From NCBI RefSeq assembly GCF_009914755.1, contig NC_060929.1: a DNA stretch of 64,000 bases. One strand, given 5' to 3'. Positions within the stretch are counted from its first letter, which is position 1. Each line of letters opens with the position of its first letter. The position numbers and the translations under genes were made by a program. The notes below the pieces were generated by a model that did not search any database, was not told the DNA's origin, and saw only the letters and a program-made list of their open reading frames with translations. Shown piece by piece: positions 28,456 through 40,422 of this stretch. Origin of the DNA: the human T2T-CHM13v2.0 reference genome, Homo sapiens.

Positions 28456-29266
28456 TGTGGCAAACAGACTCTAAGGTGGCTCCAGGACCCTTGCCTCCTT
28501 GCATTCATGCCATGGTGTAATCTCTGCCCACTGAATGTGGACAGGACCTGTGACTTACTTCTAAGCAGTAGAGTATGGCAAAGGTTACAGGATGTATGTG
28601 ATTACAGGCTGTAATGCCTGTCTTGCAAGGAAACTCTCCCTTGCTAGCTTTGAAGAAGCAAACTCTTTCGTTATGAGCTGCCTATGGAGGGCCATGTGGC
28701 AGGAAGCTGAGCGAAGCTTCAGCTGATAGCCAGCAAGAAACTGAGGCCCTTATTGACATCCTACAAAGAACTGAATTCTGCCAATAACCATGAGAACTTG
28801 TAATTGGATCCTTCCCTAGTTGAACCTCTGATAAAACCTCTGCCCCTCGTCAACACCTTCCTTGCAGCCTGGTAGAGGACCCAGTAAGCCTGGGGCTTCT
28901 CTATTGCTTTAGTATGGAATGTCTGTGGGAGCCATCTGCACTCACACATGCACAACTCAGAATTGTAGGGGAGTTAACGCCTGCAGAGCTACCATTGAAC
29001 AATGGCAATGTAGACTATGAACATATGCTGCTTCTTTCCTGTAGAAGTGCATTTCATAAAGCTCCTCAGGAGATCCAGTGGAATTGAGCACTAGAAGTCC
29101 ATCCTAGGCTCTGACTTGACAAAGCTTCCTTGTATTGGCTTTCCCTCTTTTCTTGTTGCAGTCTTCCCAACCCTGATCCACAGAAACTTTGAGATAAGAA
29201 AGGTATGTTGTTTTAAGCTGCTAAGTTTGTAGTAATATTGATATACAGTCATAAATAACTCATATA
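28456..29266 (+). mobile_element. MLT1F-type MaLR LTR, interrupted at about 28893-29165
   Basis: TGTGGCAAACAGACTCTAAGGTGGC start; GCTTTGAAGAAGCAA; GAACTGAATTCTGCCAATAACCA; 3' end TGTTTTAAGCTGCTAAGTTTGTAGTAAT...ATAACTCATATA. Confidence 0.85.
28893..29165 (+). mobile_element. LTR16-like (ERVL) internal fragment
   Basis: GGGGAGTTAACGCC, CTCCTCAGGAGATCCAGTGGAATTGAGC and CTTGTATTGGCTTTCCCTC are LTR16 hallmarks as I recall them. Confidence 0.6.
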
Positions 29267-30639
29267 TGACTCGACTAATTCTAGATATTATATAATCCAT
29301 AACTCTGGGAAAATGAACCGCTATTACCACATTTGGCAGCCAATTATAAGCTATCCTTACAGGAAGCCAGAACTGGTCCATATGATATACATCAGTTCTG
29401 TATCAATGTAAGTGATCTGCCTCTCCCTCCCCTAAGCTTTACTCAACCTTTGATTAACAACAACAATTAGTCAAATTAATTTCAGTTTCTCCTAACAAAT
29501 TGATGCTCTTGTATGATACAATATAGATCTGAAAATGGGTTAGTCAAAATTAGAATGAAAAATTTGTGGCCTTACACATATTATTTTTAAAAGTAGCAGA
29601 AGTTATCTGGATAGGGAGAATGTGCTCTACTTATTGTTTTCTTTGTAGTTATCTATATTAAATTATATGTTAGAATAAAACATCTAAATGATTTATCTTG
29701 TGCCATCTAATATGCACTTGGGATGATATAAAGCCACCTTCCACAGTTAGTGCATGGGACTCAGGATCATCTGGACTTTCTGTTTATAGAGCACTCCATC
29801 TCCCAAGGAATCCAAAGCATTTCATCCCACTAATTCCTGAAGACTTATAACATGCCTCTTTTTAGGTAGAAAATCCTGTCCAGGGAAACTGAGACAGGAG
29901 ACTTAGTAATAGAGAGCCTAGTTCTTTCTTGTTGCCTCTTCAAGTTGCACTACTAGGAGGGAAAAGGGATGCAAAAGAATCAGTTTCGGCTTCTTCCTTT
30001 TGTCCGGTTGACTAGACTGGAACAGATGCGTACAGGACAGGAACATATTAATAGGTGTGTTTAAATGAGCTTATAAGACACAAGAAAGAGAGCAATTGTA
30101 AGTTGTAGATCTTTGATACAGAAGCTGGTCAGAACCAGCACAAGATAAAGTCCTAATAAGTCCCATTCATTTGTTCATTTATTAGTCATTTGTCCATTCA
30201 GATGAAAAGGTCAACCACTGTTTGCCAGGAATCAGGACTGGCATTGGGGAGCAATTCTGTATAAGAGAGACATGGTCCGTGTTTGAAAAAGTATTTGCAG
30301 ATAGGACAGTGGAAGCAAAGACCCAGAGGAATATAGCGCACAGAAGGACCAGGCCAGAGGCACAGGGAGAGGTGGAGGTTGTGGGAGTTGAGGCCGAGAG
30401 GCAGCAGAGAAAGTACAGACAGAACTTGAAAGCCAAGGCAAGCGTGTTTAAGGAAGTGCAGTTTGTATGCAGTTCCCTTGACTTTCTCTTCTGTGCTTCC
30501 CACTGCTATTCTATTGCTGGAGCTCTTACAGCTTGCTCCTGCCAGATGACCCTATGCCTTTACCTTGGAACTTGAAATAGGCCTGGCCTGCCTTGGTATT
30601 CTCCGGACCTCTTCTTTATCATCAAACCAGTGGGGGTCA

Positions 30640-30855
30640 TAGAGCTCTGTAACATGGGTATTGGCTTTGGTGTTAGGCAGTCCTGGGTTAACATCTCAAT
30701 TCTACCACTTCTGACCAAATGACCTCGGATAAGTTATTCAGCCCTTTAAATTAGCTCCTCATAAGGTTGTTGAGAAGATTTAATGATATATTGAACACAG
30801 AATGTTTAACTTGTTGCCTGGAATATAATATATACTCAATAAATGATAGTCACTC
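30640..30855 (+). mobile_element. MIR SINE
   Basis: TGGCTTTGGTGTTAGGCAGTCCTGGGTT...CTCATAAGGTTGTTGAGAAGATTTAATGA...CTCAATAAATG. Confidence 0.85.
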
Positions 30856-30934
30856 TTTTATTTTTCACTCCTGGGGAGACTTAGTGATTCCTATCCTAAT
30901 GCTGATAAATTAATATGAAATAATATATTAAAGG

Positions 30935-31226
30935 AATACTTTAAAAATACTCTTGGGAAGAGTACAAGAGGTGGTGCCAAAACCCACAGATATCTGAACA
31001 CTTTAAAACTCAATATTAATATGTTAATACTTAATATTAATACTTAAATACTAATACTTTAAAAATACTCTTGGGAAGAATACAAGGGGTGGTGCCTAAA
31101 CCCATAGATATTTGAACACTTTAATACTCAATATTAATACATTAATACTTAATATTAATACTTAAACACTAATACTTTAAAAATACTCTTCAGAAGAGTA
31201 CAAGGGGTGGTGCCTAAACCCACAGA
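30935..31226. repeat. Tandem repeat, 118-bp unit x about 2.5
   Basis: AATACTTTAAAAATACTCTT starts at 30935, 31053 and 31171 (period 118). Confidence 0.95.
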
Positions 31227-31309
31227 GGTGATTCTCTCATGCTTGGAATGTCAAATGGTAGAGCAGGCCAGCAGGAGAAAAAGTTCCTATCTTTGTTGTG
31301 AGCTGTGGA

Positions 31310-31460
31310 CCAGAAAACATGCCAAGTGCTTTGCACATTTTATTTAATTTAACCCCCACAACAGATCTGTGATGTAGAGCCCTTAACTGCTTCCTTTCTA
31401 CAGGGGAAAGAATAGAGGTTTAAGTAAACTGGTCAAGTCATATGGCTGTCACTGTCAGTA
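31310..31460 (-). mobile_element. MIR fragment
   Basis: GCCAAGTGCTTTGCACATTTTATTTAATTT..CCCCACAACA...GAGGTTTAAGTAAACTGGTCAAGTCA. Confidence 0.65.
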
Positions 31461-31615
31461 AGAATTCTCTTATTTTCTCAGATGAGGTTTCTGGAGTCAG
31501 CGATCACCTTGAATTTTGCTCATAGTATCTGCACACGTGTGTGCCATGGGGCAACCAAGGAGAGTAACGGGTCAGCTCCAGGCTTTCCTTGAAATCCTGT
31601 GTAGTTTAGAGTTTT

Positions 31616-31860
31616 TATGTTTGTTTTTTTAAATGAAGTCTCACTCTGTTGCCCAGGCTGGAGTGCAGTGGTGCAATCTCGGCTCAAGTAGCTGGGATTA
31701 CAGGCAAGTGCCACCACACCCGGCTAATTTTTGTATCTTTTGCAGAGAGGGGGTTTCACAATGTTGGCCAGGCTGGTCACGAACTCCTGAGTTCAGGTGA
31801 TCTGCCCACCTTGGCCTCCCAAAGTGCTGGGATTACAGGCGTGACCCACCGCGCCCGGCC
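31616..31860 (-). mobile_element. AluSx-like with about 50-nt internal deletion
   Basis: CTCGGCTCA joined directly to AGTAGCTGGG; TSD about TAGAGTTTT. Confidence 0.93.
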
Positions 31861-32524
31861 TAGAGTTTTCTGTATCTGTGTTACCTACTCTCCATTGCTC
31901 CCCTCTGCTTCCTTATTACCCTGGCCTGAATGTGCCCCAAGCTCCTCCCCAAAGCCATTGCATGGGACCAAGAAATGTTTGCCTTGCCAGTGCTTAAGAA
32001 TTTAAGTAGATTTGAAATTAGCAAACAGAATTTGAAAAATGTTATTCATGGCTCCAAAACAAAAACAAAACTAAACTTAAAAAATAAAAATAAAAAGCCT
32101 GGCTTCCCCCAGGCTTCCTCCACCTGAGAAGGGATATATGAAGGTGAACAAACAAGGCCACTTCATCTTGACTTCAGGTATAGAAGAGCAAAGTAATAAA
32201 AGCAAACAAAACTGAAATGTCCCCAGGTATAATGGACCTGGACATGGGTGCTGGTAGAGAAATGAGCACATACTTTAGAACCCGAATGAGCTGCTGTGCA
32301 TAAAATAATGATTCTACAGCAACTGACAAACCTGAAAGTAACTGAGGATTTCAGAGGTAAACAAGAAAATGATTTCCCTGTGCTCTTCTAAGCCAGCCAG
32401 TCAATTCGGAGAAAAAAAAGGAAGGCCGACAGCTAAGACTCATGGTGGGGTGGGTGAAGAGGGAGAGAGAGAGGGAGAAAATAAAAATTACAAAATGTTT
32501 GTTCAGTCAGCAAGTATTTGGAAG

Positions 32525-32710
32525 CAGTGTAGTACTAATGGTTAAATTCACGGCCTCTACGGCCTACTACCTGGGGAACTGGGCCTTGGACTGTACTGGG
32601 CCTTAGTCTGCAAAATGGGGATATCAGTAATACCTACCTCTTAAGGGAGTTAGATAAATCCCTTGGTGTACTATCTGACACACAGTAAGAGCTCATATCT
32701 GTTACTATTT
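32525..32710 (+). mobile_element. MIR SINE
   Basis: TCTGCAAAATGGGGATATCAGTAATACCTACCTC...GACACACAGTAAGAGCTCA. Confidence 0.75.
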
Positions 32711-34049
32711 GTAAAATTATTTACTTATTCACCATTTGCAAGGCACTTGGGGTGGAGGCATTAAAGTGACACAGACAAGAATCCACCTCTGATCTTATTA
32801 TCTAGCACAGCAGCCAGATGACTGCATAAATTCTGCCTTTGATTATGGTTTTAACTACCTAAAAGTTCCAAAGAATTATGGGGCTCAATAAAATTGCTCA
32901 AACAACAGAGCACCAAAGAGATACTCCCACGCGTCACTGTGTTAAAAACAATGGCCAGAAAGCACTACTGGACATAGCATGCTCTGATCGATTAATTGCT
33001 ATCTTGGGACAGGAGATCAGAGCGCGCAGAAGGCAGCAGAGGAGAAGTCCATGCACACAACCCTCCACCTTCTGGTCATCTGCTTACATTATCCAGATTT
33101 GGACACATTCATTCATTTTTTTTTTGTTTCTGGAGCTAATTTAGAGTGGAGATAATTAAGTGTATGGATTTAGAATGGCAAAAATTGTCTGTTTTGTGTC
33201 TCTAATATGAGGTCCCTAAGCAACAACAAGCTGCTCTGGTCAGATATGTCTTAACAGTATATTGAATTCCTTTGCATCATGGCTCAAGCACAATTTATAA
33301 ATGCTATTCAAATTATGTAAGAGGCTGGACTAGAGAGAATCCTTTTCTGTGCCAAGACTCTAAGCTTTCACAACAGTAGCAGCAATCTGAATGCTTATCA
33401 GGAATCAGAAAGTTGTCAAGGTTGTTATAGCCAAAATTTGCCATTGGAACTCCTGCTGAAAGCACCTGGTTAGCTCAGCACCCAAAATAAATCACATCAT
33501 GAGAGAATTTTGTCCTCGTCCCCTCCTAGTGCACCTGGAGCATAGCCCTAAGGGAAATCCTATCGACTCTCTTTTTCCAGTGTTCCAGCAGTGCGTGCAT
33601 CTGTTGTTGACACATCTGGATCCTCAGCTTTCCCATCACCTCTGACACCATGGACATGATCATGACACTTTAAAACTAAAGGAAGGAAGGTCAGAAGGAA
33701 GGCCTGCCTGATACAATTAAAATCAAAACTCAGTTGGCATTTTTGCCCACCTTAAAATATCCCTGGGTTGTACCAGATAGAGATGAGAACAATTTTTATG
33801 CCTTTTGCCTGCATACTTTTAACTGCGAGGTGTGAGTGAAGGGTTAAGGATAAAATTAAATGATTGCATCTGTTTTCTCATTACATGAGTGGGTTGCATC
33901 TCATGGTTTTTCCTTAAAATGTTTGAAGGTAAAATAGCATTTGTTTCTTTCCTAATTTATCTGGGCTACTTCAAGTCTACTTTGGAGACCTCCTTTCCAT
34001 AGACAAATTGAGATTGCCTTTAACGGGGCTGGCAGAGAATAATGATTCA

Positions 34050-34310
34050 GAACATGATCCTGGGAACAACCCAGACCTGGTTCAATTCCTGAGTCACCTG
34101 CTTACTAGCTGGGTGACCTCAGGCAAGCAGCTTAACTTCTATAAGCCCCATCTCCTTATCTATAAGGTAGAGAGGATAACACCACTGCCCGCCTCAAGTG
34201 ATTCTTTTGAGGATGCAGGGAGATCATGATTATAAAGTCTATGAAGTCTCTCTTTTAGTGCCTGACACATAAGTGCTCAATAGGCGGTAGCAAATGTTGC
34301 TTTACTATTA
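34050..34310 (+). mobile_element. MIR SINE
   Basis: CCAGACCTGGTTCAATTCC...CTTACTAGCTGGGTGACCTCAGGCAAG...GTGCCTGACACATAAGTGCTCAATA. Confidence 0.85.
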
Positions 34311-34734
34311 CCAATTAGACCCAAACAAACAAAATACACAGGCTGATCGCTAAAGTAATTGGGAAATTTAAGTCAATAAGCGTTTATTTCTGCAGTTTAG
34401 AATGTGATAATTGGATGAACAAATGTTTCTTTTTTGTTGAGTACTCAGAGTTTGCATAAAGAGTTAGTAGAAATGCTTGTTATAAGAGGAACAGAAACCA
34501 CTACTAGGTTAAGAGCAGCACTTGAATTTGCAGGAATTTCTTTTTCACAAAACTGCACTTTAAAAGGACAAGTTGCTATGACTAGTCAACTTTTCATGGG
34601 ACAGGCCAGCAGAAAGTCATCGCCGCTGGCTGCCCAAGGTACCTCAAATGACTCATGCAAGTCCTTTAGATCTCTGTGTATCTCTTTCTTCTGGTCCAGA
34701 AAAGCAAGTTATATTATTGCATGATTGTTTATTT

Positions 34735-34945
34735 CTCAGTTTAACTCCGGAGTCAGGTGGACTGCCTTCAAATTCTAGCTCCACAGAACGCTAGCTGTGT
34801 GACTAATGATTTTGCACACCAGTTCATTCCTCTGGGGTGTTGGGGATTAATGGGATACTTTCCAGATAAAGTTGCTGTGAGGATTAAACGAGAATGTGCA
34901 GAAAAATATAGGAGCTCAGAAAATGGCAGCTAGTAAAATGATGAT
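34735..34945 (+). mobile_element. MIR SINE
   Basis: CTCCGGAGTCAG...TTCAAATTCTAGCTCCAC...CTAGCTGTGTGAC...GTTGCTGTGAGGATTAAA. Confidence 0.75.
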
Positions 34946-34949
34946 GAAA

Positions 34950-35418
34950 ATCGTTCTCAACCTTTTTGCTTTCATCCATCTTAAATTTAATTTTTTGAGA
35001 ACCCCAAGGAGCTTTAGTTTATGTGCATTTTATTAACAGATAGATCAGTTAATAGGAAGTAACTGAGAAACTTTAAAAATATTTGTGCATTAATTCATTT
35101 AAAATTGTAACACAAACTTTTACATGCTAACATACGTAATATTTTTAAAGAAAAATAACTATTTTCTAAAAACAAGAAAAAACAGATTTTCTTCAAATCT
35201 CCTTAATGTCTGTCTTAATAGAAAACAGTAGAATTCTCACCTGCTTCTGCTACAATCTGTTGCAGTATCACACATTACGTAGTTTCTGAAAAACTCCAAT
35301 TTACACTCAAAGAATGAGAGTAGAAAAAAGCAAACAATATCTGAGAACTATAAAAGTAGTTTTGATTCCATGGACTCCCTGAAAGCTCTCAGGGACTTGC
35401 CTACTTTGAAAACAACTG
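34950..35418. mobile_element. MER119 hAT-Charlie element
   Basis: GTTCTCAACCTTTTTG...ACCCCAAGGAGCTTT...TTAATGTCTGTCTTAATAGAA...CTGCTTCTGC..CAATCTGTTGCAGTATCACAC...CTTTGAAAACAACTG. Confidence 0.8.
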
Positions 35419-35976
35419 TCTTAGAGCAACTGTCTCTCAAACTCTCAACTGTAGGAGGGGACGCAAATGCCTCAGTAGAACAAACATGAGAATAATGTCT
35501 AAGAGCATGAAATAATCATCAAGGCCAAGAAGTGCATAAATCTGAGGCCCTTGGAAGCATTTACTTTGGGGAATAAAGCTGTACTCAAGTAAGGGTGGGG
35601 GGACAGCAGGAGCCCAAACACATTGTACAGAATTGGGCAAGTATGAGTTATCGTCTGAAAACATATTGGACGAATTTCTATGACTTGGGGCTGTCCAGAA
35701 GTCACAAATCATTACTTCTCTGTCTTTTCCTTCTTCCTTCTCCACCCTTATTTCTTCTACCCCATCCCAGAACAGCAAGAAAATGCCCAGTTGCTCTCTG
35801 TATTATCGGATGCTGGGATAATATATTTATACCGCATCTGGAAGCATCAGAGCATGGGTTTTTTAGGCATAGAGACCTAGGTTCAAATCCTGGATCTGCC
35901 ATTTAGGAGCTGTGTGGTCTTAGAAAAGTTACTTAAATTTACTGAATCTCAGAATGCTAATGTATATAACAGGGAT

Positions 35977-36489
35977 TGTGATGGATTAAAAATGTCCACT
36001 CTCCACTCCTTCCATTGAAAGGTGAATTCTATTTCCCCATGCTTTGAATTGGGCTGCCTCTGTGTCTTGACCTCTAAATGTGGTGGAAGTGACATTGTGT
36101 GACTTCTGAGCAGTTTCAAAAGACCTTGTAGCTTCTGTGTTTGCCCTCTTGGAACCCTGAGGCCTCCAGGCTGCAAATAAGTCTGGAACAAAAGACCCCA
36201 ATGGAAGGAGATGCCCAACCATCTCTGCCGAGGCCCAGATATCTTACCCCATCCAGACTCCACCAAGCAGTCACACAAGGGTCCCAAGTGATGCCCCCAG
36301 AAGCCCCACTAGGCCAGCCTGCAGAATTGTGAAAAATGATCATTTTGTTTTAGGCCACTAATAAGGTAATTTCTAAGGCTATCAACTTGTCCTGGTTTTA
36401 GCACTGAAAATCGTATGTCCTAGGAAAATCTGTAAGTCCTGATTGGGTTGGTCACCTTATTTGTAGCAGAGCCACCAACAACTGACACA
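35977..36489 (+). mobile_element. MLT1G-type MaLR solo LTR
   Basis: TGTGATGGATTAAAAATGTCCAC...AACTGACACA; 5-bp TSD GGGAT at 35972-35976 and 36490-36494. Confidence 0.85.
36362..36459. mobile_element. MER81-like hAT-Blackjack MITE inside MLT1G
   Basis: GTCCTGGTTTTAGCACTGAAA...GTTGGTCACCTTA. Confidence 0.7.
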
Positions 36490-38170
36490 GGGATAAAAAT
36501 ATGCAACTCAATGTTTCTAAGAGAATTAAGCGAAATGATACGGTTAGGCAAAATACAGTGCCCAGACAACGAATGAGATTTTTTCGTGTCTTCGATTTAC
36601 AAAAACATTCTTAATAACTCAAGATTTCCTAATAAAAATGTAATCTGTTATCTTTGTCTATAACTGAGCTTCTCATTCAGTGCCCCTAATTGATTTAAAT
36701 ATACCAGATAGCATTCTCTGCTAGAAGAACACTACGTTTCAAGCTAAGCACAGAAGTAGTAGGCCCCTGGGAAATTATGAACAAAAACAGAAAGAAAACA
36801 TTGAACTGAACTAAACTCAAACCGGCTGTGAGTTCTCAAAACAGTATCACCGCTGAATATGGAAGATACTTAGTATTATATCATTCTGGGTGGGTCTAGA
36901 ACAGGACTGTGTTTTGTTTCTTTGTTTGACTATATTTTTCCCCAGGACCACATCTAGCAAAAATACAGTTCAAGGAAATGATCTGCAGATAACGTCAATA
37001 TAATGCACTTACAAAAAGGAAAAATTCTAGGGGGCTGCTGGGTATGCAGGTTTGTAAATCATTCAAAACTGTATTCTAGAGCCATTCATTAGGAAGAAAA
37101 ATGGGGAGTTGGAGGGGAACCCTTGTAAAAACCTGAAATTCATTAAATGATGGTGCAAATTTTTTCCTCATATCATGATTATTTGGCCTAAAATGTATTT
37201 TAAATGACCAAGAGGTAAGTCTCTTTTTCTAAATAAAATTGCCCCTTATTCATACATTAAAATAACTTCCCCACCCTGGTGGCCAAAAGAACTTCATGCT
37301 GCCAAGAAAAAAATTGTCCTGTACGTCACTGAAGAATTCTGACTCTGCAAAAACCACATGTGAAATCATTCAGCAGGCTGAGCAGCAAAAAATGTCAGCC
37401 TTGGAGAATTAATCAAGAAGGTATTTCCTCCTGCAGACTTCCGACAGCCAGTATGCTGAAATGGGCCCAGACACATCTGAATTACATGTGTCTTCCTGGC
37501 ACAGAGTGGTATATCAAGAGAGTTCAGAAAAGCATTTCTGCTGCTCTGCAAATAAGTAAATGCCCAATTCTTAAACAGGTTCAAACTAGGGTTCAGTCAA
37601 CCAAGTTAACTGTCACCACTTTTTGGAGAGAACTAGCAAATATAAAAAGAATATAGGTTTTAACTTTTTAAATAATGGAAGGTAGGCAGGACTCTATGTT
37701 GTTTCACAGCCTCTACATGCAATAGCCCCCTTCCCCATGGCATGATTTGTATATCTGAGTATATGCATGGATGAATGGACAGATAGATGGATATCCACCT
37801 CCACACACACAGCCATCCTTCTGACATGATGGCACCTCATTTCACCAGATACTGAAAAGCATAGTTCCTTGGCTTTGGAACACTCAATAATTTACTCCAA
37901 AATTTAATACATTCTTCCTTGTGTTGGCAATCAGAAAGCCACTGCCACTGCCACTGGAGACTGCTAGCAGACTCACCAGGATTTCCCACCCTCTATTGAA
38001 ATCAATGTCAGGAGCTGAGTTTGAGATCCACTGGGATAGATTTTCTAGCCATTTTCTAGACATCTATAGGCATTTCTAGACTTTCAGTACACAGTCTCTA
38101 AAATTAAATACCTCATAGTTGGCTGGCATAAAAATGCATACAAAAAACATAAATCAAAAATCTGTTTTTC

Positions 38171-38904
<734 letters not shown>

Positions 38905-38989
38905 TTAAACATTTATCTAAGTAATCACAAATGCCATCAGTATGATAAAATTAAAAAAGTTTCACTCCATTCCCATAGCCACCATCCTC

Positions 38990-39905
38990 TCCCACCTGAA
39001 TGAGAACTCCAGCCTTCTATTCAATGTCCTTTTTACCCATAACCTATTTTTCACACAGAAGACAAAGTCAGTTTTTAAAAAAGATAATTGGTTCAATTAG
39101 CTCCTCTGCTTAATACTATTTAAAGGCTTTGCGTTGCTCTTAGAATTAAAATCCAAACTCCTTAGCCTACAAGGCACCAGGTAACTTGGCCCTTGCCTGC
39201 ACTTCAACTTGATTGCAAACCACTCTCCCCTTGATTACTGACTGCCAGCCACACAGGTATCCCATTCTGCTACTTAAAAACATTTGAGGCCGAGCGCAGT
39301 GGCTCACACCTGTAATCCCAGCACTTTGGGAGGCCAAGGTGGGTGGATCACCTGAGGTCAGGACTTCAAGACCAGACTGGACAACATGATGAAAACCCGT
39401 CTCCACTAAAAATAAAAAAAAATTAGCTGGGTGTGGCGGTGGGCGCCTGTAATCCCAGCTACCTGGGAGGCAGAGGTTGCAGTGAGCCAAGATCGTGCCA
39501 TTGCACTTTTGCCAGGGCAACCAGAGTGAAACTCCATCTCAAAACAAAACAAACAAAGAAACAAAAACATTTGAATGTATCCTTTCTCAGGGTGTTCTAC
39601 ATCCTTCTTCGCATTTCCTGGGATGCCTTTTCCCTGACCCTCAACATGACTATCTTGTGTCATCCTTCAAATTTGGTGCAAAATCACTCCCAGAGAAGCT
39701 TCTTCCCTGCCACCTTCTCTTCCTATCATCCCTCTCTCTTGCTTATCTCCATGGCTTATATCAAAGTCTAAAATTATTATTTATTAGTTTACTTGTTCAT
39801 CATCTGTCTCTGCTGCAGGAAGGTAAGTACCTTGGAGTGACCCTGACTTGGACATTCACTTCTGAATCCCCTGTGCCTAGCAGAGTTCATGGCTTTGGCC
39901 TCAGA
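38990..39905 (+). mobile_element. L2 3' region interrupted by an Alu
   Basis: TGCTCTTAGAATTAAAATCCAAACTCCTTAGCCTACAAGGC; CCAGAGAAGCTTCTTCCCTG; TCCCCTGTGCCTAGCAGAG. Confidence 0.8.
39288..39562 (+). mobile_element. AluS with right-arm deletion
   Basis: CCCAGCTACCTGGGAGGCAGAGGTTGC (segment between two GGGAGGC copies lost); TSD AAAAACATTTGA at 39276-39287 and 39563-39574. Confidence 0.95.
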
Positions 39906-39934
39906 AAAATTGCTGTCTTCTATCTAGATCATTG

Positions 39935-40150
39935 ATTAGAGGAGGGCAAGACTGGAACAGGGAAACATTTAGGAGGCTATTGCAATACTCAGAGGGAAGG
40001 ATGATGGTGGCAGCAACCAAAGTGAAGATACTGGGGATAGAGGAACATGAATAGATGACCTGAGATCTTTAGAAGATAGAATCAGCAAGACTTGACAACT
40101 GATTGGATGTGGGAGGTCTTAGGGTTGGTGTGCAGGTTTCTCCCTTGATA
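39935..40150 (-). mobile_element. L2 fragment
   Basis: TTAGGAGGCTATTGCAATA...GATGATGGTGGC...AGAATCAGCAAGACTTGACAACTGATTGGATGTGGG. Confidence 0.8.
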
Positions 40151-40294
40151 GCGAATTTCCCAGACATGTTTCTTCCTCCATAAGTATTTTCAGCTGCTGA
40201 TAACCTTCTCAGTTGCAATCAGCATGCTACTGGCCACTGCTGATTGGTTCAGGGAGTGGTATATGGCACACAGTACCCACACATAGGTTGGAAG

Positions 40295-40422
40295 TAGGGG
40301 CACAATACAACTTGGGTTTTCCAGAGAAGTCCTAGGCTACTGTTTCAGCATCATTATTAACACTACCCTTTTTGCTGCTCAAAAGTGTCCTGGTTTGAAT
40401 GATAAATTATAAGGTCATCCTA
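40295..40422. mobile_element. MER94-like hAT-Blackjack MITE
   Basis: CTCAAAAGTGTCCTGGTTTGAATGATAAATTATAAGGTCATCCTA. Confidence 0.7.

Larger units (their letters stand above)
35845..36570 (+). mobile_element. MIR SINE split by an MLT1G LTR
   Basis: AGACCTAGGTTCAAATCCTGGATCTGCCATTT..AGCTGTGTG; resumes after 36490. Confidence 0.75.

Noticed and set aside
30935-31226. Repeat-spacer-repeat pattern reminiscent of CRISPR
   Set aside because: The spacers are near-identical to each other, there are no cas genes, and the context is primate. It is an ordinary tandem duplication.
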